A stretch of 64,000 bases of DNA from Neocallimastix sp. 'constans' (lineage: Eukaryota): assembly GCA_050613775.1 (NCBI GenBank), contig JBODTK010000148.1:1-64000 (forward strand). Direction: 5' to 3'. The notes beneath the pieces were generated by a model. That model ran no database searches and had not been told where the DNA came from. It worked only from the letters and a program-made list of their open reading frames with translations. Below, piece by piece: positions 39,207 to 53,300 of this stretch (positions are counted from its first letter, which is position 1; each line of letters begins with the position of its first letter). The translations under genes and the position numbers were made by a program.

Positions 39207-41070
39207 TATTAGAATATGTAGAAAGCTTCAAATGTATTGAAACATATTGTAATATAAATTATGTATAAGCCACAATGTATTAATATAGAAGTATTTAATT
39301 TAGAATAATTAAGTGCCAGTAGCTCTTTATCATAAAATATATTAATAAAATTGATATAATTATAAACCACAAATTCATGACTCTTAACAGATTAAGAGTC
39401 TCATCTGACTCTTAAAAAAATTCATAGCAAAAAAATCTTTTGTCGGTAACAATATTATGTCAAAAAAAAAAAAAAAAAAAAAAAAATTAAATGAATTTTA
39501 AATTATAATAAAAACTGCTCATATGTCAATTTTAGGAAAACTAAAAAAACTAATTGCAAAATTAAAGAAACCCTTAAAATATAAAATAGTTGATAAATGG
39601 AAGTTGCTGCAAGTTAAGTAAAACTCCAAAAATATAAAAATATTAATTTAATAGGATAAAAACACACACAAACGTATTTAAAAGAAAAATATATACCTTA
39701 ATTGAAATTATAATTTGATATTTTAATAAATGAACTCTTGGTTATTAGTATTTATGATTCTTTTTAAAGAACAAAACTTATTATTTAAAGTATAGTTATT
39801 GTAACGAGTATTTATACATATCAAACACGTATATATTAATATAAACTACAATAATGGAAGAGATTATATGTCAGAGATCCCATACAAAATAATTTAAAAT
39901 ATAATATCCCAAATATTCAAAGGGAAATATAATAGAATGGCAATTCCTAGGGTACATCCTAATAATAATAGTATTATTAAATCTAGCATGAAATAGGTTT
40001 AGATAATAATTAATTCAATATAATCATAATGCAAAACCTTCGTGATGAAAGGTATAATAAAATAATAAATATAACCATAAGTTATATATAAATGGATGAT
40101 GTTTATTCATCAACATACTATACTTATTGATTGAAAAATTTTATAAAGTTATTAAACTTCTATAATTAATATTATAATGATGAGAAAATCCAAATATATA
40201 AAATCCTTTTAGAAATTTGGATTTAGGGGGAAGTAGGAAAAATAAAATAAAAAATAGGTAAAATAAAATAAAAAATTATAAAGTATTAAAGAAAAGTCAC
40301 TTAATTGGTTCTTTGAGCTTATTATTTAAAAATAATATTATCTTGGAAATGAATAAAATAGCCTAATATTGAAAATTAACAAAAATTAACTTTCAAGAAA
40401 AAATTAACTGAAAGATTGAATTTTAATCAATTATATTATTTAAAAGTTAGCGCTAATCTACAAAGCGGATTATAATTGTAAGTGATGTAAAACCCAATAT
40501 ATGAGAGGTATTCACACAAATTAAGATGGTATAATATCACCCTTCAAGAGAAAGGTTTCCATCATATAATTGGTTATATATAAACCATATATTATAAGAG
40601 GTGTTTTAGATACATCTAATATTAATGGTGTAATAATATTAAATATTTATTTTTAGGGGGAAATTATTAGATTATAAATATATTTAAGAAATTTTTTTAA
40701 CATTATTTAAATTGAATTAAATAATTAATATAATGTAAAAAATAGTTTATTCATGTAAAATTAAAGGTTAATTTATAATAGAAATAAATAATAGTGTAAT
40801 AATATTAAGTTAATATTATAAAATAGGATAAATTTATATACACATATTCACCAGTAAACCAATTTATTCGTTATTGAATAACTAGGTTTAAGGGGGAATG
40901 TTAGAGTATGTGGAATGTATAAAAAATAAGCTTCAAATGTATTGAAACATATTGTAATATAAATAATACATAAGCCACAATGCATTAATATGAAAGTATT
41001 TAATTTAGAATAATTAAGTGCTAGTAACTCTTTATCATAAAATATATTAATAAAATTGACATAATTATAA
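39207..41070 (+). mobile_element. Internally deleted copia-like LTR element (~1.9 kb); LTRs 39207-39389 and 40899-~41070
   Basis: Two ~180-bp direct repeats; the 5' LTR ends CTTAACA and the polypurine tract AAGGGGGAA lies immediately before TGTTAG at 40899. Internal scraps resemble integrase (IHQHTI) and RT (VFT...KGFH). Confidence 0.8.
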
Positions 41071-41185
41071 TTATTATTATTATTATTATTTTCTTCTTCT
41101 TCTTCTTCATCTTATTCTTATTCTTATTCTTATTCTTATTATTCTTATTATTATTATTATTATTATATTATATTATTATTATTAC

Positions 41186-41219
<34 letters not shown>

Positions 41220-41273
41220 TTCTTCTTCTTCTTCTTCTTCATCTTATTCTTATTCTTATTCTTATTATTATTC

Positions 41274-41304
<31 letters not shown>

Positions 41305-41305
41305 C
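41070..41305. repeat. Duplicated compound TTA/TTC/TTCTTA microsatellite truncating the 3' LTR
   Basis: The TTTTCTTCTTCTTCTTC...CATCTTATTCTTATTC block occurs twice. Confidence 0.8.
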
Positions 41306-41784
41306 CATTAAGCTCTTCTAGTAGAAATGAATATATATTACCATAATTTTAAAAAATTATATTCATTCTATATTACATTAACTTTTAGGTTTTATAAAAT
41401 GTTTAACTTTTATATTTTAAATTATTATATATATATATATATATTCCAATTTATATATTTATATTATATTTAACAAAGATAATTAAAAAATTACATAATT
41501 ACATAATATATATATAATAAATAAACATCGAATAATGAGAGTTTACTATTCCTAGCCTAAAAAATATCTTTATAATAAAAAAATATGTAATATTAAAAAT
41601 ATAATAGTAAAAATAATAATTATAATTATTATTAGTAGTAGTAATAGTATTATAAAAAAATAATGATAATAATTATTATTTTTTATTATTATTTCATATT
41701 ATTATTTCATATATAAGATATTATTTCTTATATGTTGTGTTCAATGGTAAATAAATATTTCCTCTTTTTTTTTCCCCAACATAC

Positions 41785-41820
<36 letters not shown>

Positions 41821-43259
41821 TTATTTATTATTTATTTATTTATTTATTTATTTATTATTTATTTATTTATTATTTATTATTTATTTATTTATTTATTTAT
41901 TTATTATATTTATTTCATCATCCATTTTAAATTTCCAATTCATTAATTTGTAAATGTTTTCTTTTTATTTTATATATAAAAAAAAAAAGAAGATTAATAA
42001 CTTTAATTAATTTTTTTTTCTTTACCTTGATATTTATAAAATGTTTTTTTATTTTAATTAATTTTTTTATATATAGTTTTTAAATTAAAAAAGAACTATT
42101 TATTATATTTTAAACTTAATTATTTAATAATAATTAAATTAATTAAAATAATGATTTTAAAATAAATCATAACTTTAAATATTAATGTTTTCTTTTATGC
42201 AGGTTCTAGAATAATAAAAATAATGGAAATTTTATTATTATTATTATTATTATTATTAAGATATGATATTCTTTTCAAAATTGTATTCCATGTTCAACCC
42301 TTCAAATGAATTTTATTGTTATGCTATTTGTATGCATATTGATATATGTAGATATTATAGTATTATAGATAGTATTATATTTGGATAAAATTATAAAAAT
42401 AACTTTAGAACTTCCCATATATAGATATTAATAATTAATATAAATATAGATATAATTATAATTGTATGCTTTATAAATATATATAATATATATTAAAATT
42501 TGTTCATTCTTAATCATAGAATACAAAAAATATCAAGAATCAAATGGCAAAGTAAAAATATTACATAATCAAATTAAATATAATATATTTTTTAAATTCA
42601 TTATGAATATTTGATTATATTATTATAAATAAGTAAATACACACCATATTATATAATAAATATATAATATATAAATAACTATATAAATAGTATTCATATT
42701 ACTCAGAGTTTTATTTATATTTTTACATTTATAGTATTAATAATTTGATAATTTTATAAATATTAAATAAAACTTTTATAATATTTCTTTTTTTTTTTTT
42801 TTTTTTTACATAAAATAATAAGGTTAAAATGAAATAAATTCATGAATAATTCTAAAATATGATAAATAAAGAAAAAAAATCTAAATAATCCTTAATATTA
42901 TTTTAATTGAAATGGTTAGTACTCAAAGTCTTAAAACTTTGAATCAATCAAAAATAAATAAATAATAAAAATATAAATAAAAAATATATAAATATAAATA
43001 TTAATATAAATATAAGTAATAATAAAAATAAAATAAAAAAAAAATAAATAAGAAAATAAATAAAAAAAATTTTTTTAATAATATAAATATTAATAATTAA
43101 AAAAAAATTATTTGATTTTAGTTATTAGTTTTCACATCTCTTCTATAATTAATGTAGAATCCATCTTTATTATTCTGATTTATACATTTTTTAATTTAAA
43201 ATAATTAAAAAAAAATTTAAAGACAAATTTATTTTTTTTAACTAAAAGCAAATACCTTT

Positions 43260-43303
<44 letters not shown>

Positions 43304-45903
43304 AAAAGAAAAAAGAAAAGAAAAACCAAAGAATTAAATTAAATTAAATATTATTTTTATTATATATATAAACAGTAATAGAAATTAAATTTATTTAAAT
43401 AATATCAAATTTTAATTTGTCTATTATTGTATCAGTATTCCTATTTCTTTTTATTTTTTTTTTTAATTTTTTTTTAATTTTTTAATAATCTCGAAATTAA
43501 TTAAAAAAAAAAAAAGAACAAAAATATATTATTCATTAGATAATCATATATATAATATATTATAATATATTATAATATTATATTATATATTACTTTTACA
43601 TATATTTGTTTTAAAAATCAGAATTTTCGATTAATATTTTTTAAGGTTTTTTGTACATAAAATTTTGATAATTTTTTTTCATTAATAATTTCTTTTTTTT
43701 TTTAAAGTATGCAACTTTGGTTTAAAACATGGTTATACAAGACTTTAATTTCTATTATTTGTAAATAAAACACAAATTTTTACTAGTAAAGAAACTTTTA
43801 CTAAAAATAATTTTTTCAAAAATACAAAAATACAAAAATATCTATAATTGTTCATTTGTGGTTATTTTTTTATATTATTTTAATTTTTTTTTATTTTTTT
43901 ATTTTTTTTTATATTATTTTAATTTTTTTTTATTTTTTTATTTTTTTTTATTTTTTTATTTAAGTATAGAGTGGATTCTAAGTTTAAAATTGTTAATTTC
44001 TTTTCTTTATATAATAAATTATATTATTAATATAATATTTAGAATATATAATAAAATAAGAATATAAAAGAGGAATATTCTTTTCAATTTTTGATTATTA
44101 TATAAAGAATATTTAATTTATATATATTAATCAAAATCAAAGTAAAAATAAAAAAAATTCAAAAATTTAAAAAATTAGCAAATAATAATTTTTTTTGTAT
44201 AACACTAAATTTAATTAAATTTATTTCAATTAAATTATAAATTAAAAAATTATAAAAAAAAATGATTTTTAAATAGAATCAAAGGATGGTATAAAGTTTT
44301 AATCAATAAACAAAAAATTCAATATATTAAAAAATATATAAAAATATACTTTTTTATATATATCATTATTACTATCCAATATATTATAAAATATTTCTAT
44401 AATTTTAAAAGTTTATTTTTTATTTTTATTAAAATAGAAACAAAAAAAAAGTTTTTTTTTATTAATTATATTTATACTAATAATAGTTAAATTAATTTGA
44501 AGAATAATAAGTAATAATAATAAATAATAAATAATAAATAAATATATAAATAATAAATAATAAATAATGAATAAATAAATAATAAATAATGAATAAATAA
44601 ATATATAAATAAATAATAAATAATAAATAATAAATAATAAATAATAAATAATAATAAATAATAATAAATAATAAATAATAAATAATAAATAATTATCATT
44701 CAATTATTATTAATATTATTATTACTTTTTTTTTTTTTTTTTTTTTTTTATTATTATTACTTCTTGATTATTACTTTTTGATTATTGAAATTAATTTATT
44801 GATTTTTTAATCTTTTTTTTTTTAATCAAATATAAAAAAAATTCATTTATAGATATAGTAACTTGTTAGAAAAAATAAAATCAAACTCCATGGACTTTTT
44901 TGTAATATTAATAAAAATTACATAATAAATAAGAAAATCGAAATAGGTAAAAAAAAAAGGTATAAACATATCTTAAATCTATTTTAATTTCGCTATATTT
45001 ATGAAGAGATGTTATTATTATTTTAATATTAATTCTATTTTTTTTTTTTTTGGTTGTTTGTTTCGATGGCTAATGAATTAAAATCAACTTAAAGAAATAG
45101 TTGTGAATTAATGGACTTACGGATCAAATATTCATTTAATTAATAAATACATTGAAAATAGTTTATATATAGGAATAATTTTCATTGAATATATAAAAAA
45201 TGTATAATAAAATAATATATATATTTCTTTAATTTATTTAATTTTATAGTTTTACCATTCATTTTAATTTATATATATTTTCTTTTTTATGTTATGGTAT
45301 ATTATTTTAATTTTTTTTTTTTCTTTTCTTTTATCAAACATAGAAATATTTATAAATTCTACATATATATGAAATAATTTAATAATTAATAATTATTAAA
45401 TGGTATAAATAATAAATAGTAATAAATAATAATATATATTAATATTAAATAGTAATATTTATTATTTTAAATAGAAATTGTAATTAATAAATACTATTCA
45501 TTCAGTATTATATTATAATGTATTTTAATATATAAAAATTTTAATTGTTTTTATTTACAATTTTTTTTTATGAATTATTAAAATATATATATAAATGATT
45601 AATTTTCTCTTTCAATTTTCACAAAAAAAAAAAAAAAAAAAAAAAATTAAAATAATAAAAATAAAAATAAAAATTAATAATATTATTATATAATAAATAT
45701 AATAAATAATTATTATATAATTAATAAATAATAAATTAAGGGGAAAATATTATACAATATATTTAAATAATATTTGTATAACAAGTAAATAAATAAATAA
45801 AAAAATACAAGAATTTAATAATAATAATAATAATTATTAATAACAATAATTTTTAATAAATATAAATATAAAAAGCAATAAAATTAAAAAGTAAAAAAAA
45901 AAA

Positions 45904-46980
45904 ATGAAATTCATAAAATCAGGATTAGTTTTATTAGCTTTATCTTTATGTAGTGCAATTGAAGTTCCAGAAACAAGTACTTCTAGAGAAATTACAGCAT
46001 GTATTTCTGCAATTACTGATAGTGGTTGTAAAATTAAAGAAATTTCACAAAATGATTTAACTCCTGAAGAAAAATGTCCATTGTTTCTTACAAATTTTTG
46101 CGGACAAATTTTAGATATTGGTATTCAAATTGTTCCTAAATGTAAATCATTAGATTATGGAACCTTTTTCATCTATCAAAAAATGATTAATAATTATTTA
46201 AATTCATTAGTTGATGTTTGTGGTACCGATTTTCCTGCACCTGATAAAAACACTCCTAAACCATCATCAGTTAGTACTTCTAAATGTGGTAAAGGTTACG
46301 GTAAATGTGGTGATAATGAATGTTGTAGTAAATATGGTTATTGTGGTGTAACAAAGAAACATTGTACTGCTGGTTGTCAATCAGAATTTGGTATTTGTTC
46401 TCCTAATACTGATGATAATAGTGACTTTGAAATGCCAGTAGAAATTGTTCCAGGTCGCTGTGGTCCTCTCTTCGGTCGCTGTAGTGATGAAAGTTTATGT
46501 TGTAGTCAATATGGTTATTGTGGTGATTCTAAAGATCATTGTGATACCGAATGTCAACCAGAATTCGGTTACTGTCCAAATAGTTCTACATCTACCACCA
46601 CTACTCCAACCCAAAAGCCAGTTGCTACTACTTCCAAAAAGGTTCCAATCTCCACTGTTTCAGGTAAATGTGGTCCTAGCTATGGTGCCTGTTCCAAAGC
46701 TAATCATTGTTGTAGTCAATACGGTTACTGTGGTACTTCCAATGCTTATTGTGGAGCTGGTTGTCAAACGGAATTTGGTGTTTGTGGAAATGCTTCTTCC
46801 ACCTCAAAGAAGCCTTCCTCCACCAAGAAGAGTACTCCTACCCTTAGTACTACTGGTAAATGTGGTTCAGGCTTTGGTTCCTGTGCTAAGAACGAATGTT
46901 GTAGTCAATACGGTTACTGTGGTACTTCTGACGAATATTGTGGTTATGGTTGTCAATCTGAATTTGGACGTTGTAACTAA
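45904..46980 (+). CDS. Secreted 358-aa protein: 6-Cys N-terminal domain + four CBM18 modules
   Basis: Signal peptide; four CCS[KQ]YGYCG hevein-type modules; no catalytic domain; intronless. Confidence 0.95.
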   Translation: MKFIKSGLVLLALSLCSAIEVPETSTSREITACISAITDSGCKIKEISQNDLTPEEKCPLFLTNFCGQILDIGIQIVPKCKSLDYGTFFIYQKMINNYLNSLVDVCGTDFPAPDKNTPKPSSVSTSKCGKGYGKCGDNECCSKYGYCGVTKKHCTAGCQSEFGICSPNTDDNSDFEMPVEIVPGRCGPLFGRCSDESLCCSQYGYCGDSKDHCDTECQPEFGYCPNSSTSTTTTPTQKPVATTSKKVPISTVSGKCGPSYGACSKANHCCSQYGYCGTSNAYCGAGCQTEFGVCGNASSTSKKPSSTKKSTPTLSTTGKCGSGFGSCAKNECCSQYGYCGTSDEYCGYGCQSEFGRCN

Positions 46981-47026
46981 AAGAAAAAATAATAAAACTA
47001 AGTAAATATAATAATAATAATAATAA

Positions 47027-47080
<54 letters not shown>

Positions 47081-47090
47081 GAAAAAAAAA

Positions 47091-47125
<35 letters not shown>

Positions 47126-47682
47126 AAACATGGATAAGTAATAATAAAAAAAAAAAATAAAAATATTAGTTAATAAAAAATAAAAAATAATAAATAATAA
47201 TATAAACTATATATATAAATAATAATAAAAAAAAAAAGTCTTGTAGAAATATTTAATTCAATTTTTTAATTTTTTTCCAATGGAAATATTATTATTATTA
47301 TGATAATTATTTATCATTGAATGTTTATATATATATTTTAAAAAAAAAATAATAATAATAATAATAATCAAAATAAAATAAATAAACCAAAAATGATTAA
47401 AATATTCATGTATAAAAATAAATAAAGCAAAAAAAAAAATCAAAAACAAAGATGAAAATATAAAAGCAAAAACAATAAAATCAACAATAACAGAAAAAAT
47501 AATGAATATTAATAAAATCTAAAAATATAAATAAATAATAATATATTACAATAATTAAATAATAAAGTAAATATTAATAATGAATAAAAATGTAATAATA
47601 TTAATTATAATATATATATATATATTATTAATATAAATAAGTGAAATAAAAAAAAGTATTAAATACTTAATAAAGCTATATC

Positions 47683-47735
<53 letters not shown>

Positions 47736-48751
47736 TAAAAATTAATGGAAAATTTTTAAAATGGAGTGTATGTTTTTATTGATCTTTTATTAAATTATAA
47801 ATCTACTATTTCTTATTTATTAATTTTTTTATTATTATTATTATAAACTTTACTTTTAAATCTATATATAATTTTATATAATTTTATATTATCTATTCTT
47901 TTTATTTATTATGAATTACATATATTATCTATCTTTTTTTTTTTTTTTTATTATTTATTTACTTTATGTACTATTGTTTCCACTTAATTTTTAACTTTTT
48001 TTTTTTTTTTATTTTCTATTTTATTTTATTTTATTTATTTATTTAAATCGATTTAATTTTTTAATTAAATTTAATAGTCTAATTTAATTAAATATAATAT
48101 ATAACAATATAATATAATAAATATAATAATTTTACGATATATAGAATAATTAATTCTTTATTTTTTTTTTTTGTTTGATTTTTTTTTTTTTTTTTTTTTT
48201 TTTTTGTGTTATTTTTTTAATTTATTTATTTATTTAATTATATATTTATTTAGTTATTATTATTTCATTATTTTTTTTAAAAAAAATATATAAAGAGAAT
48301 AAAATTTCCTTAAAAACATTTTTAATTATAAAAAAGAAAATAATAAAAATAAAAATTATTAAATAAAAAATAAATTATATAATAAAATAATATTATATAA
48401 TTAAAAAAAAAAAAAAAATAATAAAAAAATTAATAATTGTAAAATAATAGAAATTAGAATTTTAAATATAAAAATATTATATAAAAAAAATTATATTATA
48501 TATAATATTAATAATTAAATTCAATTCTATTAAATAGTAATATTAATAATTATATATAAACAATAAGTTATATAATTATAGTAGTAAATAAATTAAAAAA
48601 AAAAAAAAAAAATTATTAAATTAAGTAATAAATATTATAGTAATAATATAATAAATAGATTTATTTTTTATTCTATACCTAAAATTTGTAGTTTAATATA
48701 TATATATATTATTTATTGGCAAAAAAATTTAATACAAAGTAAACTTCAAAA

Positions 48752-49786
48752 ATGAAATTCAGTACTTCTTTAATTACATTATTAGTTGCTTTAGCTAATC
48801 CTGCTTTAGTAAAATCTTATTCTTCTGGTGAAGAAGAATACGCTTGTTTGAAAAAAGTTTTAGATAATGGTTGTAACATTATTGAAATGGGTTATGAAGA
48901 AATACCAAAGAATCAATGTTCCCAATATTATAATGATTATTGTCATTTCATTCATACCAAAGGTATTGGAAGTATTGAAGAATGTAGTAGTTTAGATAGT
49001 TTATCCTTTGATGCTGTTGAAGACTATCTTAATTATATTTTAAAAATTGGATCAACCGGTTGTGATAATTATAAGCCTGTTGAAGTCATTAGTGGTCGAT
49101 GTGGTGTTGTCTTTGGTAAATGTGGTTCAGAAGAATGTTGTAGTGAATACGGTTACTGTGGTAGATCTGAAAAACATTGTGGTGCCGGTTGTCAAAGTGA
49201 ATTTGGTGTTTGTAATCATCAAGGTAATAAGGAAAATATTCCAGTTTCCACTGTACCTGATCGTTGTGGTCCTAGCTATGGACGCTGTCCAGGAGAAAAT
49301 GAATGTTGTAGTAAATATGGTTATTGTGGTACTTCTGATGATCACTGTAAGGTAGATTGTCAATCAAATTACGGTTTATGTTTAGATAATAATTCTTCTA
49401 CCACACCTGTCACTACCACTAAAACAAAATCAAAGGTCACCAGAACTACTTCCAAAAAGGTTCCTGTCTCTACTGTTAATGGTAAATGTGGTGCAAGCTA
49501 TGGTGCCTGTCCAGAAAATGAATGTTGTAGTAAATATGGTTACTGTGGTACTGATAATGAATATTGTGGTGCTGGATGTCAAAGTGGATTTGGTATCTGT
49601 GGTACCACAAAACCAAAAGCTTCTACCACCAAAAAAAGTACTCCTACTGGTAAAACCACTGGTAAGTGTGGTCCAGGCTACGGTTCTTGTGCTAAAAACT
49701 ACTGTTGTAGTAAATATGGTTACTGTGGTAACAGTAATGAATATTGTGGAGCTGGTTGTCAATCTGAATTTGGAAAATGTAACTAA
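48752..49786 (+). CDS. Secreted 344-aa protein: 6-Cys N-terminal domain + four CBM18 modules (tandem paralogue of 45904-46980)
   Basis: Signal peptide; four CCS[EK]YGYCG modules; same linkers (TTSKKVP.STV.GKCG, KKSTPT..TTGKCG) and the same GCQSEFG.CN end. Confidence 0.95.
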   Translation: MKFSTSLITLLVALANPALVKSYSSGEEEYACLKKVLDNGCNIIEMGYEEIPKNQCSQYYNDYCHFIHTKGIGSIEECSSLDSLSFDAVEDYLNYILKIGSTGCDNYKPVEVISGRCGVVFGKCGSEECCSEYGYCGRSEKHCGAGCQSEFGVCNHQGNKENIPVSTVPDRCGPSYGRCPGENECCSKYGYCGTSDDHCKVDCQSNYGLCLDNNSSTTPVTTTKTKSKVTRTTSKKVPVSTVNGKCGASYGACPENECCSKYGYCGTDNEYCGAGCQSGFGICGTTKPKASTTKKSTPTGKTTGKCGPGYGSCAKNYCCSKYGYCGNSNEYCGAGCQSEFGKCN

Positions 49787-49818
49787 GATAAAAAAAAATT
49801 AAAGAATAATAGTAAATG

Positions 49819-49857
<39 letters not shown>

Positions 49858-50314
49858 TAATAATGTCTAAATATGATTAAAAATATTATGTATAATAATT
49901 ATTATTTATTATATTTATATATATAATATTTTTATATTATATTATATTATATTATTTGTTTTATTTTTTTATTTTTTTTATTTTTTTTTTTTTTTTTGGA
50001 ACATGATATATAGTAAAGGCTTATTTAATTAATATATCTTCAAAGTTGAAATATATATTAAAAACTTTTTAACCTTTTTTTTTTTTTACCTATTATTTTT
50101 TCCTTTTTTTTTTTCTTTTTTTATTATATAAATAATATAAATAATATGTTATTAAATTCATTAGTATTTTTTAAGTTTAATGTATATTTTTAATATTTTT
50201 ATCTTTGATTATTAAACTTTTTTTTATTTTTTTTTTTTTGTTTATAATTATAATTATTTAATTATTTAATTCAATGTATTAAATATAATTTTTATTGTAA
50301 TACAACAGCAATAA

Positions 50315-50358
<44 letters not shown>

Positions 50359-53300
50359 AATGAATTAAAAAAAAAAATAATATTTTATGTTTTTTAATAT
50401 ATATATATGTAAGAAAAAAAAAAAGATATCATTTATAAATAAAGGTATAAAATAAAATAAATTAAATTAAATTAAAAAAAAAAAAAAAAATTAAAAACAA
50501 ATATTTAAAGATAATTAGGTAGCTCTCTTGAGTTTCCTTTTTTTTTTTTTTTTTTTTTTTGATATTTAATGGTGATCATGTTAACGACACTTAATCTACA
50601 TCCTATACCTGAAAATTTTTTTTTTTTTTTTTTTTTAAATTTTTTGAACTTTTTTTTTTTTTTTTTTTTTTAATTCTTTATACCATTAAAATTTTTCCTT
50701 GATTAATTAAAAAATTTATTTTTATTATTATTATTAATATTTTTAAAAAAATTTATTATTATTATTATTATTATTTTTTATATTTTTCTTAATCTTTTAC
50801 ATACATTTTTTTTTTTTTTTTTTTTTTTTATTTTTTATCATTAAAAATTATATAATGTATTCTGCCTATGGTTGATTAGTGATTTTCACGCGTTATTCAA
50901 TTTGTATACCATTTAACCTAAGATTGTCAAAAAACGTTGACATCGAAACCATAAGGTAAAGATGAAAATTTTGACACAAATTTCGAATGATAATTTAATT
51001 TAATTTTTTTTTTTTTCTTTTCTCCACATGGAGTTTATCATCGATGAATGGTAAGAGTTAAAGGCCATTTCGTCCTTGGAAATTCAAAATGTAATTTTTT
51101 TTTAAATATTAATGTTCAAAAAAAAAAATTTCATATATTTTTTATTTACATGTATATTTTTAATAAATATTATTAAATATAGTTTATTTCTAATTAATAT
51201 TTATATATATAGAGCAATATAGAAATATAGAAATATAAAATTTATAAATATAATATATATAATATATAAAATAAATAAATATAAATTATAATATACAATA
51301 TATAATATTTATATATATTATTTATCTTTATATATATTCAGAAATAACAATACTTAAATGATTTCTATTTAAGGTAAAAAAAAAAGATTTAAAATACTAG
51401 GTGCAAAGTACCTAACTTGAAAATATTACTGGGTACAAAAAAAACAAATTGAATTTTCAAACTTTCTATTTACTTGTATTTAATTATTATTTTATATGAT
51501 TATTTAATTAATTAATTAATTAATTTAGTTATCTATTTATTTATTTATTTAGTTATTTATCTATTTATTTATTTATTTATTTATTTATTTTTTTTTTTTC
51601 ATAGAAATTTTAAATTTTATTATTAAAGTTTTTATACAATTTTTTTTGTTTTGGTTTCTGACTTGTGTTATTATTTTTGAGGAAAATGATTAATCATTAA
51701 TAACATTTATGGAATATATATTATTGTCTATTATAAATTTATATATATGTTTAAATTAACTATATATATTAATTTATATATTCATTTTTAATATATTGTA
51801 ATACTAATTTAAAAAAAAAAAAAATTACAAAAAAAAAAATATATAATAAAGTTTACAAAAAAAATTAAAAATTAAATGTAAAATTTTAATAGTGAACTTA
51901 TAATATAGTTTATTAAACTTTATTTTGTTTTAATTTTTTTTTTAATCTTTTTGTGTAATAATTTAATTTTTAATTTATATTGAATGATTTCAAATGAATT
52001 GATGAACTATAAATAATTATGTATTAACCATAAATAATTATATATTAAATTATAATAAAGTATTACATATTATGATGAATTATATATTATATATTATGAT
52101 ATATATGATATAATATATACTAATTTTAATTAAAAAATGTTTCAAATAAAAAGAAAAGAAAAATGGAAAAAAGAAAGTTCTAAGTTTATATTAAAAATAA
52201 TTAAATAATAATAATAATAAAGAAGATTTATTTATTATCCATTTTAGAAATGTGGATGGAATCAAATGAATTTAAAGTTTAAGATGTCATATTTATTATC
52301 TATTAAAAGTTAAAAAAAAATTTTTTTTTATTCATTTAATATCTATATTATAAGAAAAAAACAAAAAAAGAAAAGAAAAGAAAAAAAAATAGAGAAAAAA
52401 AAAATTAACAATAAATAAATAAATAATAATAATAATATGAAAATTATATCATTCATTGTTTATAATAATGAAGAAAATAAAGTTTTATTAATATTATTAT
52501 TAATTTATTTTTGTTATTATTTTTTATAATTATAATTATAATTATATTAACATTAACTTTTATATTTATTTAATAATTTCTTTAAAAAAAATTATATAAA
52601 GTTTTTTTACATTTATTTAATTTATTTCTTTAAAAAAAATATAAAGTTTTTTTACAAAGTGTAATTAACTTTTTTTTTTTATTAAAATAAATGTGGAGTT
52701 ATTATAAATAATGAAAATTTATGATATAATTATTACCCTTTATCTTTTTTTAAAATAAATATATATATAATAAAAAGTTTATATTTATATTTATTTCATA
52801 TTTTTTTTTATGTTATTCTTCTATATTTAGGCTTTATTTAATACACCATCTATTCTTCTATAGATAATATATAATATTAATAAAGTATAAAAATAAAGAT
52901 AATACATAAAGTGAAGTTAAAAAAAAAAAAAGAATCATGTGTAACATCTTTCTTTTAATTTTTTTAATTTTTTTTCTTCCTTAATATGGAATTAAAATAT
53001 ATATATTAATTATATTCTTTATTTTTTTTTTTTTTACTAAGCATATTCATTACTCCTTAAATAAGTTCTTCATTCATTTCTTCATTATTTTTTCTTTATT
53101 CTTTTTCTTTTTCTTTATTCTTTTCTTTTTCTTTTTCTTTTTTTTTTTTAGCTTAAAATTAATAAAAAAATAAAGTTTGATATTCCATAACCAATAACCA
53201 TCCTTAATTTAAATTAATTTTTAATTTTTATTTTTTTTTTTTTTTTTTTTTTTGTCATTAAAAATTTTTTTTGTACTTTTTTTTATTTTATATTAAAATA

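Noticed and set aside
41732..44703. Short F/I/Y/L-rich ORFs (also 809, 33381, 46886, 47258, 55247, 58555, 59848)
   Set aside because: Arise from TTTA/AAT microsatellites and poly-T tracts; not credible proteins.
45985..46225. Calling the six-Cys head an elicitin, saposin or prolamin-like domain
   Set aside because: Only the last two Cys spacings resemble elicitins; no CxxC or CC motif. Cannot be assigned without structural comparison.
46445..47005. Alternate-frame VVVNMV-type ORFs overlapping CBM18 genes (also 35003-35491, 49047-49802, 63009-63661)
   Set aside because: Frame-shifted or antisense readings of TGT/GGT-rich codons.
51040..51075. GCCTTTAAC on the minus strand resembling U5 snRNA loop 1
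   Set aside because: Mismatch to the invariant GCCUUUUAC and no convincing U5 stem/Sm arrangement.
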